NCBI GenBank assembly: GCA_963835065.1
Contig: CAWIEK010000051.1
Span: forward strand, 63,799 to 127,798
Direction: 5' to 3'
DNA: 64,000 nucleotides
Source: an uncultured Chthonomonadaceae bacterium
Lineage (GTDB): Bacteria > Armatimonadota > Chthonomonadetes > Chthonomonadales > Chthonomonadaceae
Shown here: piece after piece, positions 51,674-62,543 of the stretch
How the letters are laid out: each line of letters opens with the position of its first letter
Position numbering within the stretch: the stretch's first letter is position 1
The notes under the pieces: generated by a model
The model's input: the letters and a program-made list of their open reading frames with translations, nothing else
Told to the model about the DNA's origin: nothing
Database searches by the model: none
Made by a program: the position numbers and the translations under genes

Positions 51674-51906
51674 CCACGGTTCCCTGACTGGCTAACAGCC
51701 AGGGTTAGCCTATTCACTGTCTCAGGGTGGTGTTCCATTGACGCCGAAGCTCCCACCTACACTCTACAAAAACAGCAAACAGGCAATGACAGGGTGCAGT
51801 AAAGCTCCATGGGGTCTTTCCGTCCTGCGGCGGGGAATGCGCATCTTCACGCATGCTACAATTTCACCGAGCCTCTCGTTGAGACAGCGACCAAGTCGTT
51901 ACGCCA

Positions 51907-51974
<68 letters not shown>

Positions 51975-52003
51975 ATTCACCAGGGCTTCGATTCGAGGCT
52001 GCC

Positions 52004-52132
52004 CCCGGCACTCAGGGCACAGGGAACAGGGAACAGGGAACAGAAAAGCCGTTTCCTATCCCTTCTGCAAGAGAACAGAAAACAAGTCTCTCCTGTTCCC
52101 TGTTCCCTGTTCCCTATTCCCTCAGTGCCGGG
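52004..52132. repeat. 23S insertion: inverted (AGGGAAC)n / (GTTCCCT)n hairpin
   Basis: ccggcactcagggcacagggaacagggaacagggaacag ... ctgttccctgttccctgttccctattccctcagtgccgg, at about helix 68 (position by recalled E. coli alignment). Confidence 0.9.
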
Positions 52133-52199
52133 TTCACCCCTCCTGTTAACCTTCTGGCATTGGGCAGGCGTCAGCCCGTATACGTCGCCTTTCGGCTTG

Positions 52200-52231
<32 letters not shown>

Positions 52232-52736
52232 CGGTCCGCTTTGCTGCGGCTGTATCTCTACAGCGCCCCTTCTCCCGAAGTTACGGGGCCATTTTGCCTA
52301 GTTCCTTAACGAGAGTTCGCTCGAACACCTGCGTATCCTCTACGCGCCCACCTGTGTCGGGTTGCGGTACGGTCGAATACAAGCTCCTACGCGGCTTTTC
52401 GCGACCCCTTCTTCGCCATGAAGCGAGAGCAAGCTCTCTCCTGGATACCAACCCCAGTCACGACCCCGAAGATGTGTCCCCGCGTACTCAACACCTGCAC
52501 CCGGTTCAGGAATATCTACCTGACTGCCATCGACTACGCCCTGCGGCCTCGCCTTAGGACCGACTAAACTCAAGAGGACGAGCCTGCCTTAAGAAACCTT
52601 GGGCTTCCGGTGGACGGGATTCGCACCCGTCTTCGCGCTACTTATCCCGGCATTCGCACTTGCCTACCCTCCACGCCTGCTTCCGCAGACCGCTTCACCG
52701 GACAGGCAACGCTCCCCTACCCGTCAATACTCCCAC

Positions 52737-52864
52737 CCAGTAGTCAGTAGTCAGTAGACAGTAGTCAGTAGAAAACACATCGCCCTTCGCTTCACCTTCT
52801 CAGGCAAAGCCAACGGCAACGCTCCTCTACTGGCTACTGACTACTCGCTCCTGACTACTTCTGG
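52737..52864. repeat. 23S insertion: inverted (AGTAGTC)n / (GACTACT)n hairpin
   Basis: ccagtagtcagtagtcagtagacagtagtcagtag ... ctactggctactgactactcgctcctgactacttctgg, at about helix 45. Confidence 0.9.
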
Positions 52865-53759
52865 TAGTTTTTCAACGCCTTCGCTTCGGCAAGAGGCTTA
52901 AGCCCCCATACATTATCGGCGCAAGGACACCTCGACCAGTAAGCTGTTACGCACTCTTTAAATGGTGGCTGCTTCTAAGCCAACATCCTGGTTGTCTGTG
53001 CACCCTCACATCCTTTTACACTGAGCCTCTCTTTAGGGGCCTTAGCGGAAGGTCTGGGCTGTTTCCCTCTCGACAACGAAGCTTATCCCCCGCTGTCTCA
53101 CTGCAATCCTCTGACGTATCGGCATTCGGAGTTTGATTGAGTTCAGTAACCCGGGAAGGCCCCTCGCCCATTCAGTGCTCTACCTCCGATACGAAACGGA
53201 TCACGCTGCACCTCAATGCATTTCGGGGAGAACCAGCTATCTCTGCGTTCGATTGGCATTTCACCAGACTACCCACAGCTCATCCGAGCATTCTTCAACA
53301 TACACCGGTCCGGGCGTCCACAGGCTCTTACACCCGCTTCCCCCTGGCCATGGGTAGATCACGCAGTTTCGGGTCTGCTGACGACAACAACAACGCCCTC
53401 TTCGGACTCGCTTTCGCTCAGCCTCCGTGACAAAATCACTTAAGCCGCTACCGCCAGCAACTCGCCGGGTCATTATGCAAAAGGCACGCCATCACGCCGC
53501 CTCAGCAGCGCTCTGACTGTTTGCAGGCCATCTGGGTTCAGGTTCTGTTTCACTCCCCTCCCGGGGTGCTTTTCACCTTTCCCTCACGGTACTGGTGCAC
53601 TATCGGTGGCAACGTGTATTTAGCCTTGGGGGGTGGTCCCCCCGGATTCCCACAAGCTTCCTCGTGGCTCGTGGTACTTGGGTACCGACTTTGAGCACAG
53701 ATAAGACAATCGTACGGGACTCTCACCCTCTGTGGTGCGCCGTTCCAGGCAACTTCCAA

Positions 53760-53915
53760 AATCCTAAACTAAGTCTCATTCGTCAGCTACAAAAAAACTC
53801 TCCTGAGCGCCGCGAAATTCCTTCCGAAACGCCCAAGAACAAGAACAAAGTCCAGATACACACGCCACAGCAACGTTTCCGCCCTGTGCCCTGTGCCCTG
53901 TCTCCTGTTCCCTAG
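53760..53915. other. 23S domain I expansion/insertion with one (CCCTGTG/CCCTGTT)n arm
   Basis: ~150 nt of non-rRNA-like sequence ending gccctgtgccctgtgccctgtctcctgttcccta. Confidence 0.7.
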
Positions 53916-55015
53916 TATGGCAGTGTAGCTCAGTCGGCCCCACAACCCCGAAGTGCAAGCACCTCGGTTTAGGCTTCTCCCCGGTCGCTCGCCGCTACTG
54001 GGGGAATCACGTCTGTTTTCTTTTCCTGCGGGTACTTAGATGTTTCAGTTCCCCGCGTGCCCTCTACTTTACAGTAGTGACGGGTCGTTACACCCGCCGG
54101 GTTACCCCATTCGGAAACCCGTAGATCACAGCCTGCTTGCGGCTCCCTACGGCATATCGTCGCTTGGCACGTCCTTCCTCGGCACGTTGCCCCAAGGCAT
54201 TCACCAGAGGCCCTGTGTAGCTTTGAACACCCTGTACTCGCAACAAACGCGCTTGCAACACAACGCAGAACCACAACCACCTCAGATACTTGCGTACCAA
54301 AAGCAGAGCAACCCTGCATCGCTCCATGAAGACGCTGCCGCCCACCCCGCGTCCCGACCCACAACACACGCCGCGCCTCTGCCCACAAGGAACAGAAGAA
54401 ACGAACACGCATCATTGGAAGAACACAAAAGAAGAGGCAACACCTACACACGCCACAAACACACCTGCATGAGAACAGAAGCACTACACGCACAAACCTG
54501 CGCTTCTCACAACAACCGTCTAACTGTATCTTCATGCACAGAACTGCGCCAAAAGGCACAACCCTGCGCACTTCCGTTCAAGCGCGCGCACCTACAAACT
54601 CGTTACATACGCTTCTACAAACACACACTAACTCGCTCTTACCACCTACGGCTGCTTCCTGCTGCTCCCAACACGCCAAGACCATAAGCCAACTCACACT
54701 CGCAAGCCAACTTACTTTCGTAAGCGAACCTACCCCGGCAAGAAAACTCACAACCCCGACCTGCCAAAAACAACAAGCGGAAATCATCACGCAAGCGCAA
54801 GATGCGGCATTTACCCCTGCATCTCTCTACACACTTCATTATTCCATTGTAAAGGTTCAAAGGCACTGCTTTCTGCTGTTTAACAAAAAGCGCCTTTATC
54901 AATCCGGGACATGCCCGAACTAATTCTGTATTACCGCCTGAGTAAATCTTCGCCATCGCTGACTGCAAAATTGTCTTTTCAGTTCAATTTCGCTGCGTTT
55001 AACTTGCGGCTCCAT

Positions 55016-55044
55016 AATATACACTATGTACGCCGCGCTGTCAA
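55016..55044 (-). promoter_or_regulatory. Internal sigma70 promoter between tRNA-Ala and 23S
   Basis: TTGACA-17-TATATT on the minus strand. Confidence 0.7.
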
Positions 55045-55075
55045 GGCTGTTTATGAAAATTTTTCAGACCGTATT

Positions 55076-55151
55076 TGGTGGAGGCTAACGGACTCGAACC
55101 GATGACATCCTACTTGCAAAGCAGGCGCTCTCCCAACTGAGCTAAGCCCCC
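55076..55151 (-). tRNA. tRNA-Ala(TGC)
   Basis: GGGGGCTTAGCTCAGTTGGGAGAGCGCCTGCTTTGCAAGTAGG...TCCACCA. Confidence 0.96.
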
Positions 55152-55197
55152 GTTCCCTCAGTACAATACGCATATACTGTATGGAAACGTTCCCTAA

Positions 55198-55269
55198 GTG
55201 CGGTGACAGGAGTTGAACCTGCTATTTTTAGGTTATGAGCCTAACGTGAAACCGTTTCACTCAACCGCA
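55198..55269 (-). tRNA. Atypical tRNA with CAT anticodon (Met/Ile2-like or pseudo)
   Basis: TGCGGTT GA GTGA-AACGGTT-TCAC G TTAGG-CTCATAA-CCTAA AAATA GCAGG-TTCAACT-CCTGT CACCGCA C folds into a cloverleaf. Confidence 0.75.
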
Positions 55270-55320
55270 TCATCATTTTACTTGCAATCGGCAATCAACA
55301 ATCAAAAATCGTCAATCGCA

Positions 55321-55394
55321 TGGGCCTACTTGGACTTGAACCAAGGACCTCACCCTTATCAGGGGTGCGCTCTAGCCAGCTGAGCTATAAGCCC
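55321..55394 (-). tRNA. tRNA-Ile(GAT)
   Basis: GGGCTTATAGCTCAGCTGGCTAGAGCGCACCCCTGATAAGGGTGAGGTCCTTGGTTCAAGTCCAAGTAGGCCCA. Confidence 0.96.
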
Positions 55395-55617
55395 GAAGCT
55401 ACAAATTTGTTGGTACAATCCAACAGCCCCGTTGCCGGGGCCGTTGAAGTGTTTTGCTGTTAATCCCTCAGAGTCGCGTATGTTGTTCTGGTTCGTATAT
55501 TGTGCCGTAACTTTACTGCGATAGGTTATTCCAGATACCGACCTAGGAGGGAAGTGATCATGCTTGAGCGTTCCGAAGAACGTCAGTCTCAAACATCCCA
55601 CATAGTTTCCCAATCCA

Positions 55618-55672
<55 letters not shown>

Positions 55673-55711
55673 GTCCCTCTCGCTCCCCACACCTTCGGCG
55701 GCTGGCTCCCC

Positions 55712-55802
55712 CATCTCGAAGCGATGAATGAGGAATGATGAGTGATGAATACATTCGTGTGTTATTCATCATTCAGAATTCATCGTTCAGCACTTACAGA
55801 AG
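55712..55802. repeat. 16S insertion near the helix 44 tip: inverted GAATGAT-like 7-mer hairpin
   Basis: cgatgaatgaggaatgatgagtgatgaat ... attcatcattcagaattcatcg. Confidence 0.85.
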
Positions 55803-55840
55803 GGGGTTACCCCACCGACTTCGGGTGCAGACAACTCAAG

Positions 55841-55889
<49 letters not shown>

Positions 55890-56139
55890 TTATCTGACCT
55901 GCGGTTACTAGCGATTCCGGCTTCACGCAGGCGAGTTGCAGCCTGCGATCCGAACTGAGAACGGATTTTTGAGATTGCCTCCACCTCGCGGTCTCGGATC
56001 CCTTTGTTTACCGTCCATTGTAGCATGTTTGTAGCCCAGGATGTAAGGGCCATGCTGACTTGACGTCATCCTCACCTTCCTCCGAGTTACCCCGGCAGTT
56101 TCCTAAGAGTTCCCGACTTCACTCGCTGGCAACATAGGA

Positions 56140-56205
<66 letters not shown>

Positions 56206-56305
56206 ACACCTGTGTTGAGGTCGTATTGCTACGAACGACACTTTCATGCCGGTGCCTCACATGTCAAACCCTGGTAAGGTTCTACGGTTAGTGACGTATT
56301 AAACA

Positions 56306-56369
<64 letters not shown>

Positions 56370-56452
56370 CCCCAGGCGGGATACTTACTGCGTTAGCGGC
56401 GGCACCGCAGGGGTCGATACCCGCGACACCTAGTATCCATCGTTTAGGGCTG

Positions 56453-56486
<34 letters not shown>

Positions 56487-56716
56487 CAGCTTTCGCGCCT
56501 CAGCGTCAAGAGTGCTCCAGAAGACCGCCTTCGCCACTGGTGTTCCTACCAATATCTACGCATTTCACCGCTACACTGGTAATTCCATCTTCCCCTAGCA
56601 CCTTCAAGACTGGCAGTATCCACCGACCCTCCGGCGTTAAGCACCGGGCTTTCACAGCGGACTTGCCAACCCGCCTACGCGCGCTTTACGCCCAGTAACT
56701 TCGGACAACGCTCGCC

Positions 56717-56762
<46 letters not shown>

Positions 56763-57020
56763 TTCCACCGGTACCGTCATTTGTTTCTTCCCGGTTAAAA
56801 GAGGTTTACAACCCGAAGGCCTTCCTCCCTCACGCGGCGTCGCTGTGTCAGGGTTGCCCCCATTGCACAAGATTCCTAATTGCTGCCCCCCGTAGGAGTC
56901 TGGGCCGTATCTCAGTCCCAGTCCGGCTGACCATCCTCTCAGACCAGCTACCCGTCGAAGACTTGGTAGGCCGTTACCCCACCAACTATCTGATAGGCCG
57001 CAAGCCCCTCCAAAAGCCGC

Positions 57021-57112
57021 CACATCCACAGGCATTAGGCATTAGGCAAGAAACATTAGAAAAGAACAAGTCCTTCTAATGCCTGGTGCCTGATGCCTAA
57101 TGCCTGTTTTTT
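57021..57112. repeat. 16S insertion in V2 (about helix 10): inverted (TAGGCAT)n / (ATGCCTA)n hairpin
   Basis: acaggcattaggcattaggcaagaaacattagaa ... ttctaatgcctggtgcctgatgcctaatgcctgt. Confidence 0.9.
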
Positions 57113-57656
57113 GCGCGCTTTACTCACCTCCCCATGCAAGGAAGTGGGCACATCCGGTATTAGCACCCCTTTCGGAGTGTTGTCCCGGTCTTTCGGGCAG
57201 GTTGCTTACGTGTTACGCGACCGTTCGCCGCTAGAGGATTGCTACTCCCGCTCGACTTGCATTTCTTAGGCACGCCGCAAGCGTTCGTCCTGAGCCAGGA
57301 TCAAACTCTCCATCAGTAAACCTGATGTAAAACTCGAACACCTGAATAAATCCAAGCATCGAGGTTGAGAACATTTTTATGTAACTGCTCCGAAGAACAA
57401 TTACAGTGATCTGGCCCATCTTTGTGGATTTTACTCCACATTGTAAAGTTACATATGGCACGTGTACGAAACTCAAAACGTCACACGCGACTCTCAAGGA
57501 TCAACAGCAAGCTAACGTTCTAACACTGAGAGCGTCAGCCGTCGAACAGACAAGACTACTCGGTTATACTATCACGGTGGGTTGTGTCGGGAGGAGAACT
57601 CTCGGTCACAGCGCTTCGGAGATTACTGCCGGGGCGTCTTTCGTTCAAGCCTTAGT

Positions 57657-57870
57657 AGTATACACTGCTTCGCCGCGTTTGTCAAGGGCACTTTTTCAAG
57701 TCTTTTTCTTAACCACTGCGTCAGTTTGTGTATCGTTCAAGCCTAAACTAGTATACACTATTGCAGTGCTTTTGTCAAGAACGCTTTTGCACGTTTCTCT
57801 CAACATTTGCGTCTGCCGGTGTATGTCGTTCAAGCCTTAGTAGTATACACCTGCTCCGCCCTGTTGTCAA
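57657..57870 (-). promoter_or_regulatory. Three tandem rRNA promoters
   Basis: TTGACA-17-TATACT at 57870-57842, 57778-57750 and 57685-57657, each followed by AGGCTTGAACGA. Confidence 0.9.
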
Positions 57871-57912
57871 GGGGCGTTGCGAAACTTTTTTCACATCGTT
57901 TTAACGGTTCGT

Positions 57913-58990
57913 TTATGGCGTTTCCACACGCTCGTGCCGCATGATAATGGAAGGGATTGCTTGCAGGCGCTTCCACGTGGTTTCAATGGCCGCCTCTCCC
58001 ATATCGCAGCCGATCCATCTGCGTCCTAACCTTTGCGCAACCGCAAGCGTCGTGCCGCTTCCACAGCAAAAATCGCCTACAGATCACCCTCATTGGTGGA
58101 GGCCAGCAATATGCGTTCCAGCAGCGCTTCCGGTTTCTGCGTCGGATAGCCGGTTCGCTTGGCGCTTGCCTGATTTTCTATGTCTATGTTCCAGTAATCA
58201 ACCGGCAGCGTTCCCTCTCCCAAATAGTGCCGGTACGTCAATCCGGGGTACAGCGTCTCGTATTCAAGGGGCAGGTCGCGCTTACACCTTATAGGGCTGT
58301 TCACAATGCCCCGGCCCATCAAACGGTACGCGCCCTTTTCATCCCGGTGGCGGTACTTGCGGATGTTCGACTCGGCATATGGCTGCTGCACCCGATTGTA
58401 GTTGAAGGTAAAGCGCTCGCCCTTGCTGTAAAATAGAAGGGTGTCGTGCTTACGGTTCCAGCGCTTTTTAGAATTAATCGCTTCCCGGTAACACCAGATG
58501 ATCTCGTTTTGGAACCGCTCACCGCCAAAAATCTCGTCCAGCAGCAGTTTCGCGTAATGTGCCGCCTGCCAGTCCAGATGCAGGTACAACACGCCGTCTT
58601 CCGCCAGCAGACACGGCACAAAACCAACCGATCATACAGCCATTGCAGGTACGTCGCCAGATCGCCCTTCCATTTGTCCGTATACGCATGAACCGGCGTT
58701 TGCCCCGCTTCACCGTCTAACACTTTATCACGATTCAATGCCTTCTCTTTCGCAGTCAAGGCCATGTGAAAATCGGAACCCGTGAAGAACGGAGGATCAA
58801 GGTACACAAGTCGAAACATGCCTGCAAGTTCCTGTTTCAGCGCGGTCATCACAAGCAGATTGTCGCCTTGAATCAGCCGTCCGGCAGGCGTACCGCTGTC
58901 TGCATTGCCATACGTCTCCACGCAACGCAAAATCGGCGCCGCTATGGGCGTAAGCGCCGCCGTCCTTTTCCCTTTCCAGACCAGTTCCAC
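57913..58990 (-). pseudogene. N6/N4 DNA methyltransferase (beta class), two frameshifts (~58620, ~58080)
   Basis: LIQGDNL, LVYLDPPF; then LYLHLDW, NEIIW, YPTQKPEALLERI; then [20 protein letters not shown] to TAA at 57913. May be intact in vivo if the indels are assembly errors. Confidence 0.75.
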
Positions 58991-59007
58991 GCCGTCAGAT
59001 GCTGCCA

Positions 59008-61167
59008 CTAGAGCCTGCCTATCCCCGCAGGCACGGTGGAACGGTAGGCGTTTTTCATCAGCCCTATGTTGGAACCCATACGCTTTCGCTGAGACGTTGC
59101 CCACAGCGCTACAGCGTTCCTGAAATCAACATCGTCCTTGTAATCAGCAATATGGGAATCAGAAGCATTGGCGGAACCGGATTTTTCTTCTACATGATTG
59201 CTGTCGAAGCGAACGGTTTTGTCGGTCAGGCCGTCCTGCAATTCCAGCCACTTGCCGCCCACGCAAACGTTACTGACGACGGAGTTCCCGGACGCAAAGG
59301 ACGGATTTTCCGCTTCTATTGTCGCCAGTTTCGGATAGCGCGTACTGTACGGCGGTTTCCGGTAATCCATTGCCGCGAGTTTCTGCTGCATCTGCCAGTC
59401 GCCGCCCGGTTCAATGTACTTTTTGGCCCAGCCGATTCCCCGCGCATCCACATGCACTGAAGGATTGCAGGCGACGAAAACATTGTTGTCAATGGTATTG
59501 TCGCGCCCGCCGCCAAGCAGTACGCCCCGCCCGGCTTTGTAGAAAATGTTGCCCAACACCATCGTGCCGCTTGCCGCATCGTCCAGATACACGCCCATCG
59601 CGTCGAAAAACCCTTCGCCGCCAAAGTCCGCTTTCGGCCCGCCGAGATTGTGGAAAAAGTTATAGCGAATTACATTGCCGCGCATCGTCCAGTCGCGCCC
59701 CATATAAAACGCGCCCACATCCCCCGTTTCGCGGCATACATCATGCACGTCGTTGTACTCCACAACATGCTCGTTGCCGCTCAATTGAATGGCGTTGTGC
59801 GGCCCGTTGTAAATCAGGTTGTGCGAAACGCGGTTGCCGACGCCATTGATTGCCACTGCCGGACGATAGCAGCGCACCCACCGGCTGTAATCGTGTATCT
59901 CGTTGTTGTGCGCGAAATTGCCCGCCGCCGCCAGCGTTTTACGGTCTCCCCCATCCAGATTGATGCCGCCCTGCCCCGTGTCATAAAGCGTACAGCTATC
60001 TACGCCGTTGTCCGTTCCGCCCTCTATATTGACGCCTACTAAGCCCGTATTGCGAATGGTGCAGGCGGCAACGCGGCTATGCGCCCCGCCCTTGATTTCA
60101 ACGGCCATGCCCCGCGTATCTTCCAGCGTGAAGCCCTGCACAACAACATTGGAAGCGTTGTCAAGCCGGATTAGCGGCTCATCCAGCAGCGAAACCGTGA
60201 CGCGCTCGGTTTCTGTAATCGGCGCAGGCGGCCAAAAGTAGAGTATGCCCGCCTTGCGATCCAGATACCATTCTCCCGGCGCATCCAGTTCTTCCAGCGC
60301 GTTCAGGGCATAGAACCGCTTGCCTTTGGTGTAGCCATACGCGCCGTGCGGTTCCTGCGTGACAATGGCATGAGTTGCGGTATCAATGGATTTGATTTTG
60401 GTGTACGAGTCCGCCCAATCGAACGACCAGTAGCCATGCAGCCACACATCTTCGGCGTTCTTCCATCTCGCGGGACGATTTTCCGTCTTGGCCGCGTCAT
60501 AGGTGAACATGCCGCCGTTCTGTCCCTGCGGCGTGTCGGCAATGGTCGCCCACCCCTTGTTCGGCCAGCGGGCGATCTGCATCGGCTTGGATTGGAAAAA
60601 CACTTCCAGACCGTGCAGCGCGGGCGCGAACGTTTGTCCATTGGGCGTAATCTCGCCGTAATCGGTAATACCCTGCGCCTTCAAATCGGCCTGCATCACC
60701 TTGCCCCGACATTCCGGCTCCATGCGGTTCAACACGGCCTCGTCCGTCACCGGCTTCCAGTCCGCCACCTCCCGCCCGCCAATAATCCGTACCGTCTCGT
60801 CCTTGTACGCGGCATACAAAGTGGGAAGCGAATTGTTAAGGCCGCTATCCTCCTGCGTCAATGTAAAACTCTGCGTTTGTGGGTACACACCGCCCCGAAC
60901 AAAAATGCGTACGCAGCCAAAGTCCATTGGCGTGTTACCCGGCGCTTTCCGCGCCGCCTGCTGCGCCCGAACCAGCGTAGCGAACGGCCCATCCGTACCC
61001 GCTTTGTTAGGCGCAGGCAGTTTCCCCGACCACGTATCCCGCCCATTCATTGCCACATAGTAAACCGCAATCACCGGACGCGCCCATGATGTTTGCATAG
61101 TCAACACCAAAAACAAGGTACAAACGGCTATGTGAGATATAACTGCTTTCATCTTATTTCGCTTCAT
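59008..61167 (-). CDS. Secreted right-handed parallel beta-helix protein
   Basis: YYVAMNGRDTWSG, DGPFATL, LEELDAPGEWYLD, repeated N-x-I-H/Y turns, GVYLDD. Confidence 0.88.
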   Translation of the reverse strand: MKRNKMKAVISHIAVCTLFLVLTMQTSWARPVIAVYYVAMNGRDTWSGKLPAPNKAGTDGPFATLVRAQQAARKAPGNTPMDFGCVRIFVRGGVYPQTQSFTLTQEDSGLNNSLPTLYAAYKDETVRIIGGREVADWKPVTDEAVLNRMEPECRGKVMQADLKAQGITDYGEITPNGQTFAPALHGLEVFFQSKPMQIARWPNKGWATIADTPQGQNGGMFTYDAAKTENRPARWKNAEDVWLHGYWSFDWADSYTKIKSIDTATHAIVTQEPHGAYGYTKGKRFYALNALEELDAPGEWYLDRKAGILYFWPPAPITETERVTVSLLDEPLIRLDNASNVVVQGFTLEDTRGMAVEIKGGAHSRVAACTIRNTGLVGVNIEGGTDNGVDSCTLYDTGQGGINLDGGDRKTLAAAGNFAHNNEIHDYSRWVRCYRPAVAINGVGNRVSHNLIYNGPHNAIQLSGNEHVVEYNDVHDVCRETGDVGAFYMGRDWTMRGNVIRYNFFHNLGGPKADFGGEGFFDAMGVYLDDAASGTMVLGNIFYKAGRGVLLGGGRDNTIDNNVFVACNPSVHVDARGIGWAKKYIEPGGDWQMQQKLAAMDYRKPPYSTRYPKLATIEAENPSFASGNSVVSNVCVGGKWLELQDGLTDKTVRFDSNHVEEKSGSANASDSHIADYKDDVDFRNAVALWATSQRKRMGSNIGLMKNAYRSTVPAGIGRL

Positions 61168-61228
61168 CCTACTTCGCCTGCAAACGAACAGATTACAAGT
61201 TATCTGCGCAGCCCGTGTAAAGTGGTGG

Positions 61229-62095
61229 TTATGGCTGTGCAATGCCTGCGGCTGTCATTGCCTGCTTCAACAGTACAGATAAATTCAACTCTGCCGCCCA
61301 ATAACGTAAGTAATCGTACTCCAGCCGTTGTGATTGAACTTCGAGCATTTTCTGCACGTCACGCCACTGTCGCTCCGAAACGCCATTAGTCATGCGGAAC
61401 CAATTCAATTTTTGCAAGATCATGTCTTCCGGGCTTGCGATATAAAACAGCGTGGACTCGTGACCGGGAATCAACTCAACAAGTCTTCTCCGCGAAGCCT
61501 CTTCCTCTGTCCAGGCGTCTGAACGCGCGATAAATATATCCGCCTTGAATGTCGTTTCCAAATGAATAATGTTGAATGAACTTTGAAGTCGAATCGCATC
61601 GTACATCAATTCTTCGTCCACATAGAAATGTTGCTGCCAGGCTTCTGCTAACGCCGGCACATGTTCGGCTCGCATTTTGGCGACGATATCTACATCCTGT
61701 GTAGAACGCTGATCACCGTACTTGGAACTTGCCATTGAACCACCAATCCAGTACACGATACCTTGCTGTTCCAATACGCGAATTACCAAACTCGTTGCTA
61801 CAATCGGTTCCGGCAGCATGAGCAGATTTCCTTTTGTATCGTCATAACCAAACGCTTTACGCATGACATCCGCCGGTAAACGGCGGGCGGCAACTCGCAG
61901 TTGGCACTCGCGTTCCGTAGCTTCCGGGCACTGCTCCCGAACGTCCGCTCGCGCCATCAACTCCACCATCTGCGTCAGTTCCGTAACACGCTGCCATTTT
62001 TCGGCATCAGACATTTTACGCTGACGCTCAATCAGCATCTGCTTGATTCTTGGATGCGTATCATCAAGCGTCTGCGTCATCAGGTTCGACTTCAA
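61229..62095 (-). CDS. Putative nucleotidyltransferase with N-terminal antitoxin-like segment (fused, or two genes)
   Basis: N-part DTHPRIKQMLIERQRKMSDAEKW; C-part from internal ATG 61820 (SD aaagga): IGGSMASSKYG..RSTQDVDIV, ASPEDMILQKL. Confidence 0.7.
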   Translation of the reverse strand: MKSNLMTQTLDDTHPRIKQMLIERQRKMSDAEKWQRVTELTQMVELMARADVREQCPEATERECQLRVAARRLPADVMRKAFGYDDTKGNLLMLPEPIVATSLVIRVLEQQGIVYWIGGSMASSKYGDQRSTQDVDIVAKMRAEHVPALAEAWQQHFYVDEELMYDAIRLQSSFNIIHLETTFKADIFIARSDAWTEEEASRRRLVELIPGHESTLFYIASPEDMILQKLNWFRMTNGVSERQWRDVQKMLEVQSQRLEYDYLRYWAAELNLSVLLKQAMTAAGIAQP

Positions 62096-62184
62096 AGACT
62101 GCTCCCATGTATACTAACGGCATATCGGAAGTTCAATATAACGGCAAGTTGATCTGGAAAACAAGACGGGAATATACGTTACGC

Positions 62185-62481
62185 TCATGACAGCAGCGGC
62201 TGAATGTTCAGTAAGCGCATCACATTGGCAAGCGACAGCCCACGCCTGCGGCCAATCTCCGCCAAAAACTCCAGACGCGCCACATTAATGCCTTCCAGAG
62301 TGTTCGTCAGTTCCATAAACTCACGATGTTCCTCCGGCGTCAATTGCTCTTGCTCCAGTTGCCGCCGTAAGAAATGAAAACGTCCTTGCGTGTTGCTGTC
62401 AACGGTATTTTGGAAGCAGCGCAGTTTTTCCGCTTCCTCCTCCGTCAAGTTTAAGGTTACTTCTGCCTGCGCAGCGCTCAT
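62185..62481 (-). CDS. Small helical antitoxin-like protein
   Basis: LTPEEHREFMELT..E..N..RLEFLAEIGRRRG pattern; SD aggag. Confidence 0.7.
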   Translation of the reverse strand: MSAAQAEVTLNLTEEEAEKLRCFQNTVDSNTQGRFHFLRRQLEQEQLTPEEHREFMELTNTLEGINVARLEFLAEIGRRRGLSLANVMRLLNIQPLLS

Positions 62482-62543
62482 GATGTTTGCTCCTGTCAGC
62501 CAGCAACGGCGGCTTGGTCACTCCTGAATGTTGATTCTACACT

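Noticed and set aside
57913..59104. Complete restriction-modification system
   Set aside because: No adjacent restriction endonuclease; appears to be an orphan methyltransferase.
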